Shown in pieces: positions 13,901-26,980 of a DNA stretch of 64,000 nt. A program made the translations under genes and the position numbers. Position 1 is the first letter of the stretch. Each line of letters opens with the position of its first letter. The notes under the pieces are model-generated. The model had not been told where the DNA came from, did not search any database, and saw only the letters and a list, made by a program, of their open reading frames with translations. This DNA is from Owenia fusiformis (taxonomy: Eukaryota). The DNA lies in contig CAIIXF020000001.1 of NCBI GenBank assembly GCA_903813345.2, positions 23,994,001 to 24,058,000 of the forward strand, written 5' to 3'.

Positions 13901-16900
13901 TCATTATTGAGTGTTGTTAAGCATATTGACTGGATGTTGTCAATTGAAATCATTAAAACTAGCTGGATAATATATTTCAATTATGTTCAATGAAAATAGG
14001 TGAGTATTGCATAATATAAATATGTTTTTGTAATATTCTCAAAAATGATGACAATCCAAAATATCTCTCTTGTAGTGTTGTGACAACCTTTTAAAACATA
14101 TATTTTGATTTCTAAGATGTCTAATAAATATACTATTATTATTAGCTGCACCCTCAAAAAAGTGTTAAGACTTCAATTATATGTATAATATGCAGAGTAC
14201 GATGTGTATAATCAATAAGAGAAATTTTGGAATGGAGGCTGTAATAGTTTCCGAAATATAGATATTTGAGAAAGTTTCAGGTAAAAACCTTTATTTTCGC
14301 AAATGAGGGGGGGGGTATTTATCCCTGGATTGCGATGAAGAATTATCAATATCGTACAATTCTTATGTTATTATCTAAGCTTAGTACCCCGGACAGGTTG
14401 TATGATGCAGTCGTATTTTTACTCTATATTTGCAATAGAACAACCATTCTTATTGAAATTTTCATATTTTATTCTGGAGACAATTTCCAACATGGAAAAA
14501 AATATTTTAACGAAATTCCTAATTTTATGATTTTGATAGGCTTTATTCAAAAACACTCCACTGTCAATAAAATACAAGTTTTGCTTGAACAATTAAACTT
14601 TTAACGTCATTTCAAAGATTGTCTAGCTATTGAATTTTTGACAGCCTAAAGTCTGTCCAGGTGTATTTGATGCCATATTAATTATGGCTGATTATTGTTA
14701 TTCATTTTTGTCATATTCGATAGATATATATTATTACAGTGCATTAGGCCAATGAAAAACTTGTCACTCTGGGTCATGTTTTCTCTGAAAACGCACCTTT
14801 TTCTCCACTGGGGTTTTCCACCACCGTCACTCAGCATGCAAGCCTGTAGCACGTAAATTGTACCATGCTTTTAAAATGTCAGGTCTCCCTGACAATTTTA
14901 TGATAAAATTTGACACAGCTATATTAACATCTCTGAAGGATATAATGCCAAGAGTACTTCAAATTGGAGATTCGTAATGTTTTACTTCATTTTGGACAGT
15001 ATTGAACAGTGACCGGGTTGAACTCATGTCCATGGACAAGAAGATTGACCTCCTCTATCTGGGCTCAATCTAGGGAACGTTTCACAAAACGAGACCCAGA
15101 GCAACAAGTTTTTATTGGCCTAATGCACTGTAATAATATTAAATATGACTCAAGTGAATAACAATAATCAGCCATAATTATTAATATGGCAACATATATA
15201 TCTTGAAAGACTTTAGGTGGCCGGAAAATTCAATAGCCAGACGATATTTGAAATTACATTAAAAGTTCAATTGTTCAAGCAAAAACCTGTATTTTATTGA
15301 CAGTGTAGTGTTTTTGAAAAATGCGCGTCAAAATCATAAAATTGGAAATTTTGATAAAATATTTATTTTCCATGTTGGAAATAGTCTCTAGAATAAATCT
15401 TGAAAATTTCAATAAGAATGGTTGTTCTATTGCAAATATAGAGTAAAAAAACGACTGCATCATACAACCTGTCCGGGGTACTATATAGTCAAATTATTTT
15501 CTAAAGCCTAAAAACATTTGATAAATATGTCATTGGGTCATGTAATTTTTACTTCATGGCGACATTCCGAAAATGCTGAAATTGAACCTTGAAAATACCT
15601 TAATTATTAGCTATAGAATGGATAAATCTCAATTATATGTCTATTATGCAGAGTATGATGTGTAGAATCACCATGAGAAATGTTGGAATGTAGGCTGTAA
15701 TAGTTTCTGAAATTTTGCTATTTGAGGAAGTTTCAGGTATAGACCTTTATATTCGAAAATGGGGAGGGGGTGGGGTTTATTTGTGCCTGGATGGCGATGA
15801 AGAATTATCAATATGGTACAATTCTTATGTTATTATTTTAGCTTATATAGTCAAATTATTTTCTAAAGCCTAAAAACATTCAATAAATATGTCATTTGGG
15901 TCAAATTGTTATTTTTACTTCATGTCGACATTCAGAAAATGTTGAAATTGACCCTTGAAAATACCTGAATTATTATCTTTAGGATGGATTAATGACCTGA
16001 TTTGTATGAATTTTTCAAATTTTACTTTTACATACCTGTTTGTTACCCATGCCAAAAATGAAGATGATCACATAAATACTTCTTTAGTTATAAGCATTAG
16101 TCATAGTACCCCCAAGAATTTGTCTTCAAGGGGGGTAAAACTCAAAAATGACAACTTTCGCACCAGAAATTGATGTTAGACTGAGTGGATTCTAATGTAG
16201 GATGATGATATGGTTATATTTAAGCAATAAAATTATCCCCAGCTCCCGACCCCGACCAACCTTGCTATACAGCCCACTAATAGGCCTTTATCCCCCTCCC
16301 TTCAGTCCATATCATATCTTGGGATGTTATTGAGCAGCAATAACTTGAGATTGCAACCCTGTTATGTTAGGCTAGATTTATCCAAGTTAGGATGACATCT
16401 GCCATGACAAAATACAAAGCCTATCAAGTTGGTAGGTATAGGAGCTAAAAAGTAAGGAATTTAGATACCTCTGTGCCACACCCCCTGAGCCTCTCATAAT
16501 TATTAACATTTATTAAAGAAATATATCATTAATAATTGTACATTCTATTACACAGGTGTTCAGAAGGTCGCAAGAACCTATAGAAAGACCGACTGTACCT
16601 GAGAAAAAAAGCTACTTCAATCTACTCATAGAATACAATAGTACGCTAGCCAGAAAGGAGCTCCCTGGAGTGTTTGAATACCTCAAGGTGAAATATGATG
16701 AGCCCAAGTATCCCAATCTCCGTGTGTCATATGGTCATTCTAGTATCTTTTTGGCCCCAAAATGTCATTGTGACCCCAATAAGTACTTCTACAATGATGA
16801 CCTGGCTCAGAAGACAGTGGATGCACATAAATGGATAAATGGAATATTACCAGATGTAGGATGTGATAACGGCAACATGTACGAGAAAGGGGTGAGGTAA

Positions 16901-19900
16901 GAGATGTTGCTTATTGCATTCAATTGCTGTTCAGTTGATATAGTATATTAATGTTTACTTTTTGATACGTTATTGATGGAATTGAATTGATTGAATCTAG
17001 TTGAATTTTTTACTGGATTAGAACCTCTAATCTGCTTCCTTTTCTGTTTTTTTCTTTTCTTTTTTGTCCTTCGTGTGTTTTGAACTACCGGTTAATTTGC
17101 TTGTTATCAGATAGGGGAAGACCAGGGCCAGGATAATGCCATACTGTGAATATACTCAACAGCAGACTTATTAGAGTATAAAAATGTGTTTATAGAGCTG
17201 ACGTGTTAATTACTCAACCAGTAGAAGAGGTATGGAGGGACAGAGAATTTGAGTACATCCATGATGTTAAGTGGACATATGTGGGTCTAAGGACAGGTGT
17301 ATTTAGAACCTACCCAGCCCATAGGTCAACAAGAGCTTATGACCCATCAAAGTAAGTGAAACACAATATTAAAAACTTCAACACTTAAGCTCATACAACC
17401 GATGCATTTACATGTAGCAAAACCAAAATAGAATCACGTAGCATTAGATATAAAAATGTATTTATATAGGCCTATATTATATTTATTCAGACATTTTTTC
17501 AACTTAAGAACGAAATCTAAATATACCTTATAATATTATAGCCATGTTATATTCTCATTGTCTGATAATTTTTGATCCTGGCTACTCCCATTGATATCTA
17601 ACAAGATGACATATACAATATGTACCTTTTGAATGATTGACAAACACACTGCACAATTTTGACAATGAGATTTTATTAATTGATGAGCATGACAAACAAA
17701 ACTAGATATCAAGATTGCAACCAATCTTACAGAGGCCCCGTAGGCATTTTTTGACAATAAGAAGGTCATATATGAACTCTAGGCAACTTGTACACGATGT
17801 ACTGTATAAACAAATATTTGTTCAATTTGAAGGAAGTTGAAATTTGACCTTGAAAAAAGAAATTTGACCTTTTTCAGTTTTTGAACTCTAATGTCTCAGA
17901 ACTGGTGTAAAATTTTATATAGATAGTCAATTGCTAATATGCGTAGGACCTTTTGAGGAATAAATATCCTGTATTTCATACAAAAATATTCATTTGATTT
18001 GTTGTCTCGAATTTCGTGAAACTTAGAAAACACAGTTTGTGATTTAGTTTGATGACTTTGACCTTGCAAATTTTACATCTCTAGACCTCAGTAGATCTTT
18101 TCTGATTAAATATACCTAAATTTGAATCCAGAAAATCAATTTAAAAAATCAACTTTTTTTACCTTTGGAAGGTCACTGAAGGTCAACCAAAGATCAAAAG
18201 TCAAAACTTAGGTCAGGTTTGAGTCTCTGAGAACTTGTAGATGATTTTTTAAAATAAGGTTGGTCAATTTAGAGCAAATTTGATCTTGAAAATTTTCGAA
18301 ATTTGACCTTTTTTAGTATTTAAGTTCTAATATCTCAAAACTGGTATTGAATTTTAATAGATAGTCAATTGCTATTATGTGTAGAACCTTTAGAGGAATA
18401 TATATTTTGACTTTCATTCAAAGATATTGATTTTTAGTGATAAATTTTGAGAAACTTAGAAAACATAGTTTGTGATTTAGTTTGATGACCTTGACCTTTG
18501 ACCTTTACTTTTTTAGTCCTCAAATTAAAATTTGAAAAATTAACTTTTTTTGACCTTTCGAAGGTCACTGAAGGTAAATTAAAGGTCAAAGGTCAAAAGT
18601 AAGGTCAGATTTGAACTCCTGAGAACTCCTGTAGATGATGTTTAAAAGAAATTTGGTTAATTTGAAGCAAACTAATTTTTTCAGTTTTTGAGCTCTTGTA
18701 TCTCAAATCTGGAGCAAAATTTTAAAAGATAGTCAACTGCTAATATTTGTAGTACCTCTAAAGGAATATTTATCCTGACTTTCAACCTAAAATATTGATT
18801 TGTAGTCTCGAATTTTGAGAAACTTATATAGCACAGTTTGTGACCTAATTTGATGACATTGACCTTTGACCTTAAAAATGTTACTTTTTTCAGAGCTCAG
18901 TATCTCTATTTTGATTAGGCCAACCTAAATTTGAATCCAAAAAATCTATTTGAAAAATTAACTTTTTTGACCTTTCGAAGGTCACAGAAGGTCAACCAAA
19001 GGTCAAATCTGAGGTCAGATTTGAAATTCTGAGACTTAACAGATGCTTTTAAAAAAACAATTTGGTCAATTTGAAGCAAGTTGAAATCTCAAAAATCTAG
19101 GCAAAAGGCTCACACTAATAGGATACTAATATCTATCTGTGTGACAGCCAAAAATAAAGTGTAGTGTCAAGATTTGAGAAACTTGAAAAAAGCTTTGATT
19201 TGACCTAGATTTTGACTTTAGACCTTCACCTAGATAAAATTTTCTTTCCCCCAATTTCAGCCAAGGTCCCTAGTAGGAGCATATAAGAGTTAACTCAGAC
19301 CTAGCTAGAAGTAGGAGAAAAAGTGCTAAAAAGAATAATAAATAATGATTAATAATAATAAATAATAACTACAAAAACTATAGGAGGCCCCTTGAAGGGC
19401 CTCCTATTAATAAATCAATATTTTCGCTGTCAGATGATTTCTCCCAATAATTTGTGTGATAGAGTGTCTGTGTTCTAATGCTTTTTAACACAAAGGAAAT
19501 GTACAATTCAATGATTAACACTGTACTAAATTCTTATATTAATGCATTATGCTAAGTGGTCTCCCCAGCTTTAGGAACCAGGTTATGCACCCCCTTAAAA
19601 TTGTGGAAATTATTTGCCACCTTGTTGAAAATCTGTTTGCACACTTTCAAACTCATTGAAATATTGAGGTACTATGAGTAAGATTCTGATGAGTAAGACC
19701 CTGTTGAGAAAAATATCTTTACTTGGGAGATCACTGGTGGCAGTCATTTTCCTCTATAAGCTTAATTGATTTTACTATTTAACATGAAGCTATCTCTATC
19801 TGCATGTTAACCTACAGGCGTCCCTGGTTCTACCGTGCTAAATCTGACCCAAGTAAAACATCCATCTCTACAGTATATATGGATGCTGCGGGCGTAGGCA

Positions 19901-22900
19901 AGATCCTTACCATCTCCCAGGCTGTTTTTGAGGGTATGACAGGGCGTACCAATGAAGAGTGCCGCAACATATCAGCAACTGGGCCCTGGCCTGGGGGTTG
20001 CCCTTGCACCAATGATGACGAGTGCATTATAGGTTTGTATATTACTAAATGCAACAATACAATTTGAGATTTCTTGTATTTAGTGCTTATGTGTGAAGTG
20101 GTAATTGAATATAACATTCTCTTCAACCTGCTCCTTTTATTTACCTTTCTTTGAATATTTATTTGCGCTAATATGCTTTGGTCATGTTTTTGATTTTGAA
20201 TAATAAGTTAACATTAATTTCTGATATCTAACTGAAATCCAACAATACTATAACCTCTTGAATACTAGAACAATTTTTAAATTTTTTACCATTTTTCTAT
20301 CTTGATAACATTTTATCTTCATTTTGATTTAGTCACCAAAAACCAATTGTTCACATTTGAATGCATGATGAGTTAATTAACTTGCAATAGATTAGTGGAC
20401 CTCCTACACACATAGGCTTGCATATGGGCATCATGCACATATGGGTACAAATGATGCCATTGTCATCTCCACTCCTCCCATCTTAACAAAAGCAAGCACA
20501 TGAATCTACTTGATGCACATACGTATGCCTTAGTCATCCACCACTGTCCATTGTAACTAAACACAGCACATGAACGTAATTTCTCGATGCCAGTTAAGGC
20601 TGACAAAGTCATCGAGTTCTGCCTTTTTGAATAAACCCGAAAACATGAATAGAATCTATTTTCTCATTGTTTCCTTTAGGAGTATGCTATTTATCAAAAG
20701 CTCCTGGAGAGAACAAAGACCAACCACGCTGTGCCACAGAGCGTGTTGAGGCAGTGACCAGTCTTGATATCCTCTATAACAGTTTCCATAAGACCACCAT
20801 GGACATCATGGAGTCCAGTGACCCAGGTCACCTCAGGTCATGTGGGAAGAAGTATGACTGTCCTGATGGAGAACCACAGTGTGAGACCAGGTATGTTACA
20901 GCTTTGCCGCTCAATCTCATAAAGTTTCACACAACATTCTGAATGTTAAACATTTCATTAACTCTGCTGTATTTTCAACTTCTCTCAATGAAATACATTT
21001 TAGATTTTTTAATAAAGGGAAAAAAAATTCCATTGACTTTTCCACTCTCCAGTGATAATAAAATGGCATTTTATCACCCACCCACTGAAGAAAGTTATGA
21101 CAATCATGAACTGTATGGGAAACTTGCCATGGCACCTTACTTCAGTATAAATTCAAATTGAAAATTCTATATTATCCATTGATAACCTATAAACCATTTT
21201 ATCATAAATAAATCACACAAGAAGCCCACACCCAGTTTTGAATGAAATTATTCTTTCTCACAGTATTTTTATCTCCTCTTATCTGTACCACTCCAGGTGT
21301 TATTTATTTGACAACCGAGCCAACTTGATCACTGACCCTGACTTCCTTGAGGCTGATAACCTGGACACCAGCAAATACAAGGGCATCACAATGGGCAAGA
21401 AGGAGGGGGAAGTAATGAAGGATCTGATCTACCAACACCACCTCTTTCAGAGAATTGAAACTATAGATTTCCAGGGGTCATGCAGTATCTCTCCTGGTGC
21501 ACCCAAGGTAAAACTTTTTGTTTTTCTAATGAGGTTGTGGCATAATGTAAACAAATACCTTTTTGTGGGATATTTGATTAGTTCAGTGATTGATGTTGTA
21601 TGAATGAATTGTATGAATTAACATGTAAAAATGTAATTGCCTCTTTTTAAGGTTACCTTAAAAGGAATCCCCCAAACACCAGAAGAAACAGATGATTACT
21701 ATAAGAATCGTGGCCCTATTCCAAAGTTCTCAAACAGCTTTGGCTGCATTCAGGATGTTGTGGCTTATGCGGCAAACTTATCAGCTTTGGGTAAGAACAA
21801 GTTGTATAATTCAATGCTTAAAATAAATGTGTTAAGTGTTAGCAATGCAGGAAATATTTTGTGAAGGAGTATGAGCTGTTGATACCACAATGGGAAAAAG
21901 CACTAAGTATCAGCAATTGTAGTCTTGCTGCAAGATTCTGGACCCCCCCCCCCCCCCCTTATCTACTTTACAAAGTTGTTGTTAAAGTTAAAGTAGACAA
22001 GGGTGCCCAGGGTCTTGAAGCAAGAGTACAGTAATTGACAAGCTCATCAACTCTCTTTATACATGATCATATAAATGATCTTAGGCTATACAATGTTTAT
22101 GTCTATGATATTTATGCATCACACAGAGAGCAGAACAAAACAGATCATTTTGAATTATTTATTAAGGTTTCAAACGATCATCAATTATGTGTATTTTATT
22201 CTTCTTGTATCTGCTATCAGTCAATATTCTGTAAATAATAGATGCATATTGTGTTTGTGGAAAATTCCGCAGTATAGGTTGATTTTCATATTTTTCCTGT
22301 CATATTTCCCTGTAGGTCCCAGCAACATGATAACTGGCAATGTGTCAGGGCCGTGCATGTCAGGGTTCTACTATGTGACCCCCCTGCCCAAAACCAACCT
22401 TCTCTTACTGGTCATAGAGAACTGGAAACAGTACAAAGACTCATTTTTCTACAACTTTAATTGTAAAATAGCCAGAAGGTAAGTGGATATTACTTTTTTA
22501 TGACACATGTAAAATTGTGTATGACACACATGTAAAATTGTGTGTAACACACATGTAAAATTGTGTATGACACACATGTAAAATTGTGTGTGACACACAT
22601 TTAAAATTGTGTTTGACACTTATGTAAAATTGTGTGTGACACACATTTAAAATTGTGTTTGACACTTATGTAAAATTGTGTGTGACACACATTTAAAATT
22701 GTGTTTGACACTTATGTAAAATTGTGTGTGACACACATTTAAAATTGTGTTTGAGACATACAAACCTTCATGCACAAATGCATCTCACAATTGTCAATTT
22801 TGTTGTAAAGCAAACATAATTGAGGAAGTAACGATAATTGACACTGGAGTCAGCATGATTATTAAGATCTTGACTGCATTGCAGCAATAATGCGACTCCT

Positions 22901-23645
22901 CTGCTATTTTTTGTACTTCTAATACAGACATTTAGTACACAAATACATTTAGTACACAAATACATAATACACACTGAATTTGACACATAAAAGTCACAAA
23001 ACTTATATACACATGAGAATAAACATGTATGGCAAAAGGGTTGGCTCATTTAAAACGTAACCACTGGTTACATTTGGTTTGGGTTTTACACACGATACAT
23101 AAGTATATAGAAACAGATATGCATATGGTACATAAATGAAAGTTTATTTATTAATATTCATAATTATATTAAGTTTTGTTTGTTATTGGTACATACTTAG
23201 ATACATCGTACCTATATTATTTATTTATTAAATGAATAGTATAAGAATAGTTAAGGTTCTCAATTGATTACCAATATCTTTCAATATTATAAGGCATTTA
23301 ATGATTTTATATTTACTTATATTTAATTATAATGAATGAAAATTTAATTATAACGAACATATGTATAATTATAATTGTATTTGTATAAATGTATTGACAT
23401 GTATACTAACACTTATTTAAGTCATGTTCTGTGTGTTGCATTTCAGTATTGTTAACTCAGGTGCTTACCGTATTATCAATGGAACATGCTCTCACGAAGA
23501 CCCCTTCACATCAACATTGGCAGAAAATGGCATGTGTCCCATCATCAGAAACCTTGATATCCCATGCACATACCAAGGAGTGAGAGGTCTTGGGTATTCA
23601 CCTCTTATTTTGCTCCTAGTTATACTAATAGTATGGAGCATATAA
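4926..23645 (+). CDS. Voltage-gated calcium channel alpha2delta / CACHD1-family protein (signal peptide, VWA_N, VWA, two dCache domains, C-terminal hydrophobic/GPI-like tail), ~1184 aa, 21 coding exons
   Basis: Phase-consistent GT-AG exons: 4926-5075, 5332-5481, 5814-5971, 6277-6429, 6814-6978, 7401-7529, 8215-8343, 8592-8713, 9044-9147, 9405-9658, 9887-10031, 10935-11084, 11367-11477, 16556-16896, 17196-17351, 19818-20032, 20680-20890, 21297-21507, 21652-21790, 22316-22478, 23447-23645 (3555 nt total). Motifs: [37 protein letters not shown] (MIDAS DxSxS), [14 protein letters not shown], second [20 protein letters not shown]. Confidence 0.92.
7453..8100 (+). repeat. Eight tandem copies of an 81-bp unit made of the 3' end of coding exon 6 plus its splice donor
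   Basis: Unit gtcatcaacacattaacaaagcagg...gaggtgggcaagtaa starts at 7453, 7534, 7615, 7696, 7777, 7858, 7939, 8020; copies are near-identical. Confidence 0.97.
8845..8930 (+). mobile_element. Short HINE-like family copy (atgtcaccacc ... gtggtgacattttgcatgttaatg)
   Basis: Same terminal motifs as the copies at 39573, 46293, 51013 and 55481. Confidence 0.55.
11212..11253. repeat. (CCAT)n microsatellite
   Basis: Direct reading of the sequence. Confidence 0.9.
12704..13805 (+). pseudogene. Frameshifted XPG/FEN1-like (PIN-fold) nuclease region of an Academ-type protein
   Basis: Fragments in three frames: [24 protein letters not shown] (HEEADT-like), [20 protein letters not shown] (H3TH GCD motif), [12 protein letters not shown], then an acidic tail. 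Several frameshifts and stops; the N-terminal transposase part is absent. Confidence 0.82.
14384..15481. mobile_element. Foldback/MITE element with ~400-bp imperfect TIRs and TA TSD, nested in the right TIR of the Academ-type element
   Basis: GTACCCCGGACAGGTTGTATGATGCAGTCG... / ...CGACTGCATCATACAACCTGTCCGGGGTAC, with TA at 14382-14383 and 15482-15483. Removing it plus one TA restores agcttatatagtcaaa as in the sister repeats. Confidence 0.88.
17701..19410 (-). mobile_element. HINE/Helentron-associated non-autonomous element with internal satellite
   Basis: Hairpin taggaggccccttgaagggcctccta (19381-19406), adjacent (AAT)n tract, degenerate tgacctt-rich internal repeats, a matching gaggcccc sub-terminal motif, and a short palindrome aagattgcaaccaatctt near 17711. 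Confidence 0.65.
22500..22752. repeat. ~22-23-bp minisatellite (tgacacacatgtaaaattgtgtg)
   Basis: About 11 tandem copies read directly. Confidence 0.9.
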
Positions 23646-23967
23646 GTTGGATCTCTTATTCCAAACCTTTCACAAATATCCAAAAGAAGTTCATTCAGGT
23701 TATCCTGAATTATATGCTGATTCGACAGTTTTGACAGTAGATCACCCTAGGACAACATAACATATGGATCAGTTTAAACTGAAGTCCCAAACATTATAAA
23801 ATGCAGACTTGGACCAGCTTAACATTGAGTCCAAACAGTCATGACATTCAATTATGAACAGATAGACATCTGGGCATTTGTTATTTGTGTACTTATACAT
23901 GTATTTAGCAATTCGAGGTGCTGGAATCTCATATAGAGAGTTACATGTACTTAGGCTGAATATGGTC

Positions 23968-24252
23968 TTATGAAGAAAACCTGTGCAATATGGCATATAT
24001 AGTCATATGGAGAAAACCTGTGCAATATGCCGTATATGGTCATATGAAGAAAACCTTTCCAATATGCCGTATATGGTCATATGGAGAAAACCTGTGCAAT
24101 ATGCCGTATATGGTCATATGAAGAAAACCTGTGCAATATGCCGTATATGGTCATATGAAGAAAACCTGTGCAATATGCCGTATATGGTCATATGAAGAAA
24201 ACCCGTGCAATATGCCGTATGTAATCATATGAAGAAAACCCGTGCAATATGC
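23968..24252. repeat. 37-bp minisatellite in the putative 3' UTR (gaagaaaacctgtgcaatatgccgtatatggtcatat)
   Basis: About 8 tandem copies; explains spurious ORF 23983-24195. Confidence 0.92.
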
Positions 24253-24603
24253 AGTGTACAGAGCTTTGAGAAAAAATATATCTATTTGAGATCTGTTGCC
24301 GTAAAGTCTAAAGTCAAAATACTCAGTAAGTCTAGTTTTTAAGTTTATTTTTGGGGTAGTATTTTTATGTACAGTATTATAAATTATTTATGATAACTAT
24401 GTAAGACCTATTGTTTAATGTAGGCTGCATGCAATAGTAATGTACTTAATTAAATTTAATGTACTAGTAGTTTTAGATAAGCATATAGATATTGACATCT
24501 TTTATTTATAGTTAGATACACATTTCATCAAACTTATTTATTATCCCACTGAGCAAAATTCACTGGGATATAGAGAATTGGTCAATAATCATCTGTTCAT
24601 TCA

Positions 24604-24713
24604 ATCTCATCCAAGTCTCATTCAAGTTATCTCATCCAAGTTATCTCAATCAAGTTATCTCATCCAAGTTATCTCATTCAAGTTATCTCATCCAAGTTAT
24701 CTCATTCAAGTTA
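24604..24713. repeat. 14-bp tandem repeat (ttatctcatccaag)
   Basis: About 7-8 copies read directly. Confidence 0.88.
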
Positions 24714-25473
24714 TAATTCAATGAGTTTTTTATGACTTATTAATTGTTCATGTTTGAAATGTGCCATGACAATTTTTGGGTAAGAATCACAATAACATTT
24801 TTTGTGGAGTGGGATTTTACTCTGTGGACTTTGTTCTAGTTTAAAATGAGTTTGTAGCTTTGTTTTTTTGTTATAGTAATGATTGGGATTTGTATTATTA
24901 GTCACTTTAGATTTTATCACACATTAATGGATTCCCTATAGCCTTGCCCAATGCGGTATTTTTACTTATCTGATCTTGAATTATTACCATAGTAGAAATC
25001 AAAATAAGTAAAAGAGACTACATAAGGGCAAGGCTAGATTTCCTAATACTTGATACTTATACCCATATTAACCATGAAAGAGGTGTCAAAAAATATTGTC
25101 CAAAATCAATTTGAATTAAAATGAGTGATTCAGTTGGGGTATAGTTAATGAGAGATTATTTATGAATTGACAATCATTTTTGTATTTATTGAAGTGTTAA
25201 CCCAGTGAACTTGAGAGTAAATGGTCATATATATTCTGTACTATACTGAGATAAGATTAATGGAAGTCATAGATTTAAGGAAATATATATTACCATGGCA
25301 ACATATTTTGAGACTTCTGTAAAATAGCAATAACTCAAGAAAACTACAGAAGATAGTCAGTGATGTTCCAAAATTGTAATCTTACATAAAATCTGTTACC
25401 TTGGCAACACAAATTATTTAAAAACATTGTCTTGCAATGGTGTTTTATCATGACAATCAGTTATTACCTTATT

Positions 25474-25885
25474 GATGGTAACATAGTAAAATAAATGTAA
25501 CTAGTTGGTAACATAGTGTAATTTATGCAAGCAGATGGTAACATATTATAATTTGTGTAACCAGATGGTAACAGTATAATTTATATAACCATAGGGTAAC
25601 ATAGTGTAATTTATACAACCAGATGGTAACATTGTGTAATTTATATAACCAGATGGTAACATAGTGTAATCTATGTAAGAAGATGGTAATATAGTATATT
25701 TTATATAACCAGATGGTGACATAGTGTAATTTATGTAACCAGATGGTAACATAGTATAATTTATGTAACCAGTTGGCAACATAGTCTAATTTATGTAACT
25801 GAATGTTAACATAGTGTAATGTATGTAACCAGATGGTAACATTATGTAATTTACATAACCAGATGGTAACATAGTGTAATTTATA
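25474..25885. repeat. 30-bp minisatellite (agatggtaacatagtgtaatttatgtaacc)
   Basis: About 13-14 degenerate copies; explains spurious ORF 25546-25782. Confidence 0.9.
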
Positions 25886-26980
25886 TTAACTTTGTTTTAT
25901 TATTATACATGTTTAAAACTGTTTATAAAATGATACAAAATGTAACTTTCAGTTTGTATTATGGAATATGCAGATAAATGAAATTATATTATGACAATTG
26001 TTGTAGGTTTTTTGTTTTACGTCACAATGTTATTTGAAACAAAATAAATTGTTTTTAAAAAGTCATCTTATTTTGTTAACTTAATAAAGTATTGCCACTG
26101 AAGTATTAATTTCGGGTTTAACATATAATTCTAACCAACTTTTTGGATAAATGTACATGTACTTTTTTGGTAAATTATGATGTAGCTATTTTGAAATTGT
26201 CAGATGTTGAATTCATGATCAGGGATGGTTCTTTGCAATATATCTAAGTTTAATAATTAGATGTTTGTCATCACCCTTGTCATCTAATGCTTGTGAGAGA
26301 CTCTAATTTATTATGAGACAAAAAGTGTTCCTAGCCAATGTATTCTACTTGTTATCAGTACATGTGGATGAATAAATTATTATTGGCTTGTGTTTATATG
26401 TTCATTTTCCACTTTGATATTTATTTCATTACAAAGATAACTGGCCATTTTTAATAACAGAAAATTAGATGTATTATTGAAATCAATCAGCGTTATTTAA
26501 TACAATATTTGAAGTTTATTCAGTATTTCATTGTATGATTGTTGAAGGAAATTCATCTTTTAGTAGAGGCTGAGACTAAGATAAATGTTAGTCTCAGGTA
26601 GAGGCAAACAAAACAAAGTCACAATGCTAAAAGTTATAATTTATTAGTAAAACACAGAAAACATGATGAACAAAATCAATTCATGGTTAAAATCTTTATA
26701 TACCCCCTCCAAATATGTAATGCATTATTTATGATATTTACAATTCAATTGTTTTAAAGCCAATGGTGAAATAGTCTAATATAAATCATGAATAGCTGTT
26801 TTGTGACATTGTGGCAACTAGCTTGCTGGTTTCTACCGACAGTCAGCAAAACAATAAACAACAACTGTTTATAACGAAGACAACTTCATAAGAAGAGTTT
26901 TTCGTGCTCGAAATATATTCCATAAACCATGGATAATTAGAAATCTACACCAAAGTTGGGTATATTTTCAATTTCATAAC

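Larger units (their letters stand above)
11585..16279 (+). mobile_element. Internally deleted Academ-type (XPG-domain) DNA transposon with ~1.1-kb TIRs and 3-bp TSD (ATA)
   Basis: Termini TAGTGGGCTGTATAGCAAGG... / ...CCTTGCTATACAGCCCACTA, with ATA at 11582-11584 and 16280-16282. Left TIR 11585-12697 pairs with right TIR 14055-16279 (interrupted at 14384-15481). TAG...CTA ends, 3-bp TSD and an XPG-like remnant fit Academ. Confidence 0.85.

Noticed and set aside
11691-16173. Near-identical 72-aa ORFs on opposite strands (11691-11909 and 15955-16173)
   Set aside because: Mirror images inside the transposon TIRs; non-ATG starts and no protein features.
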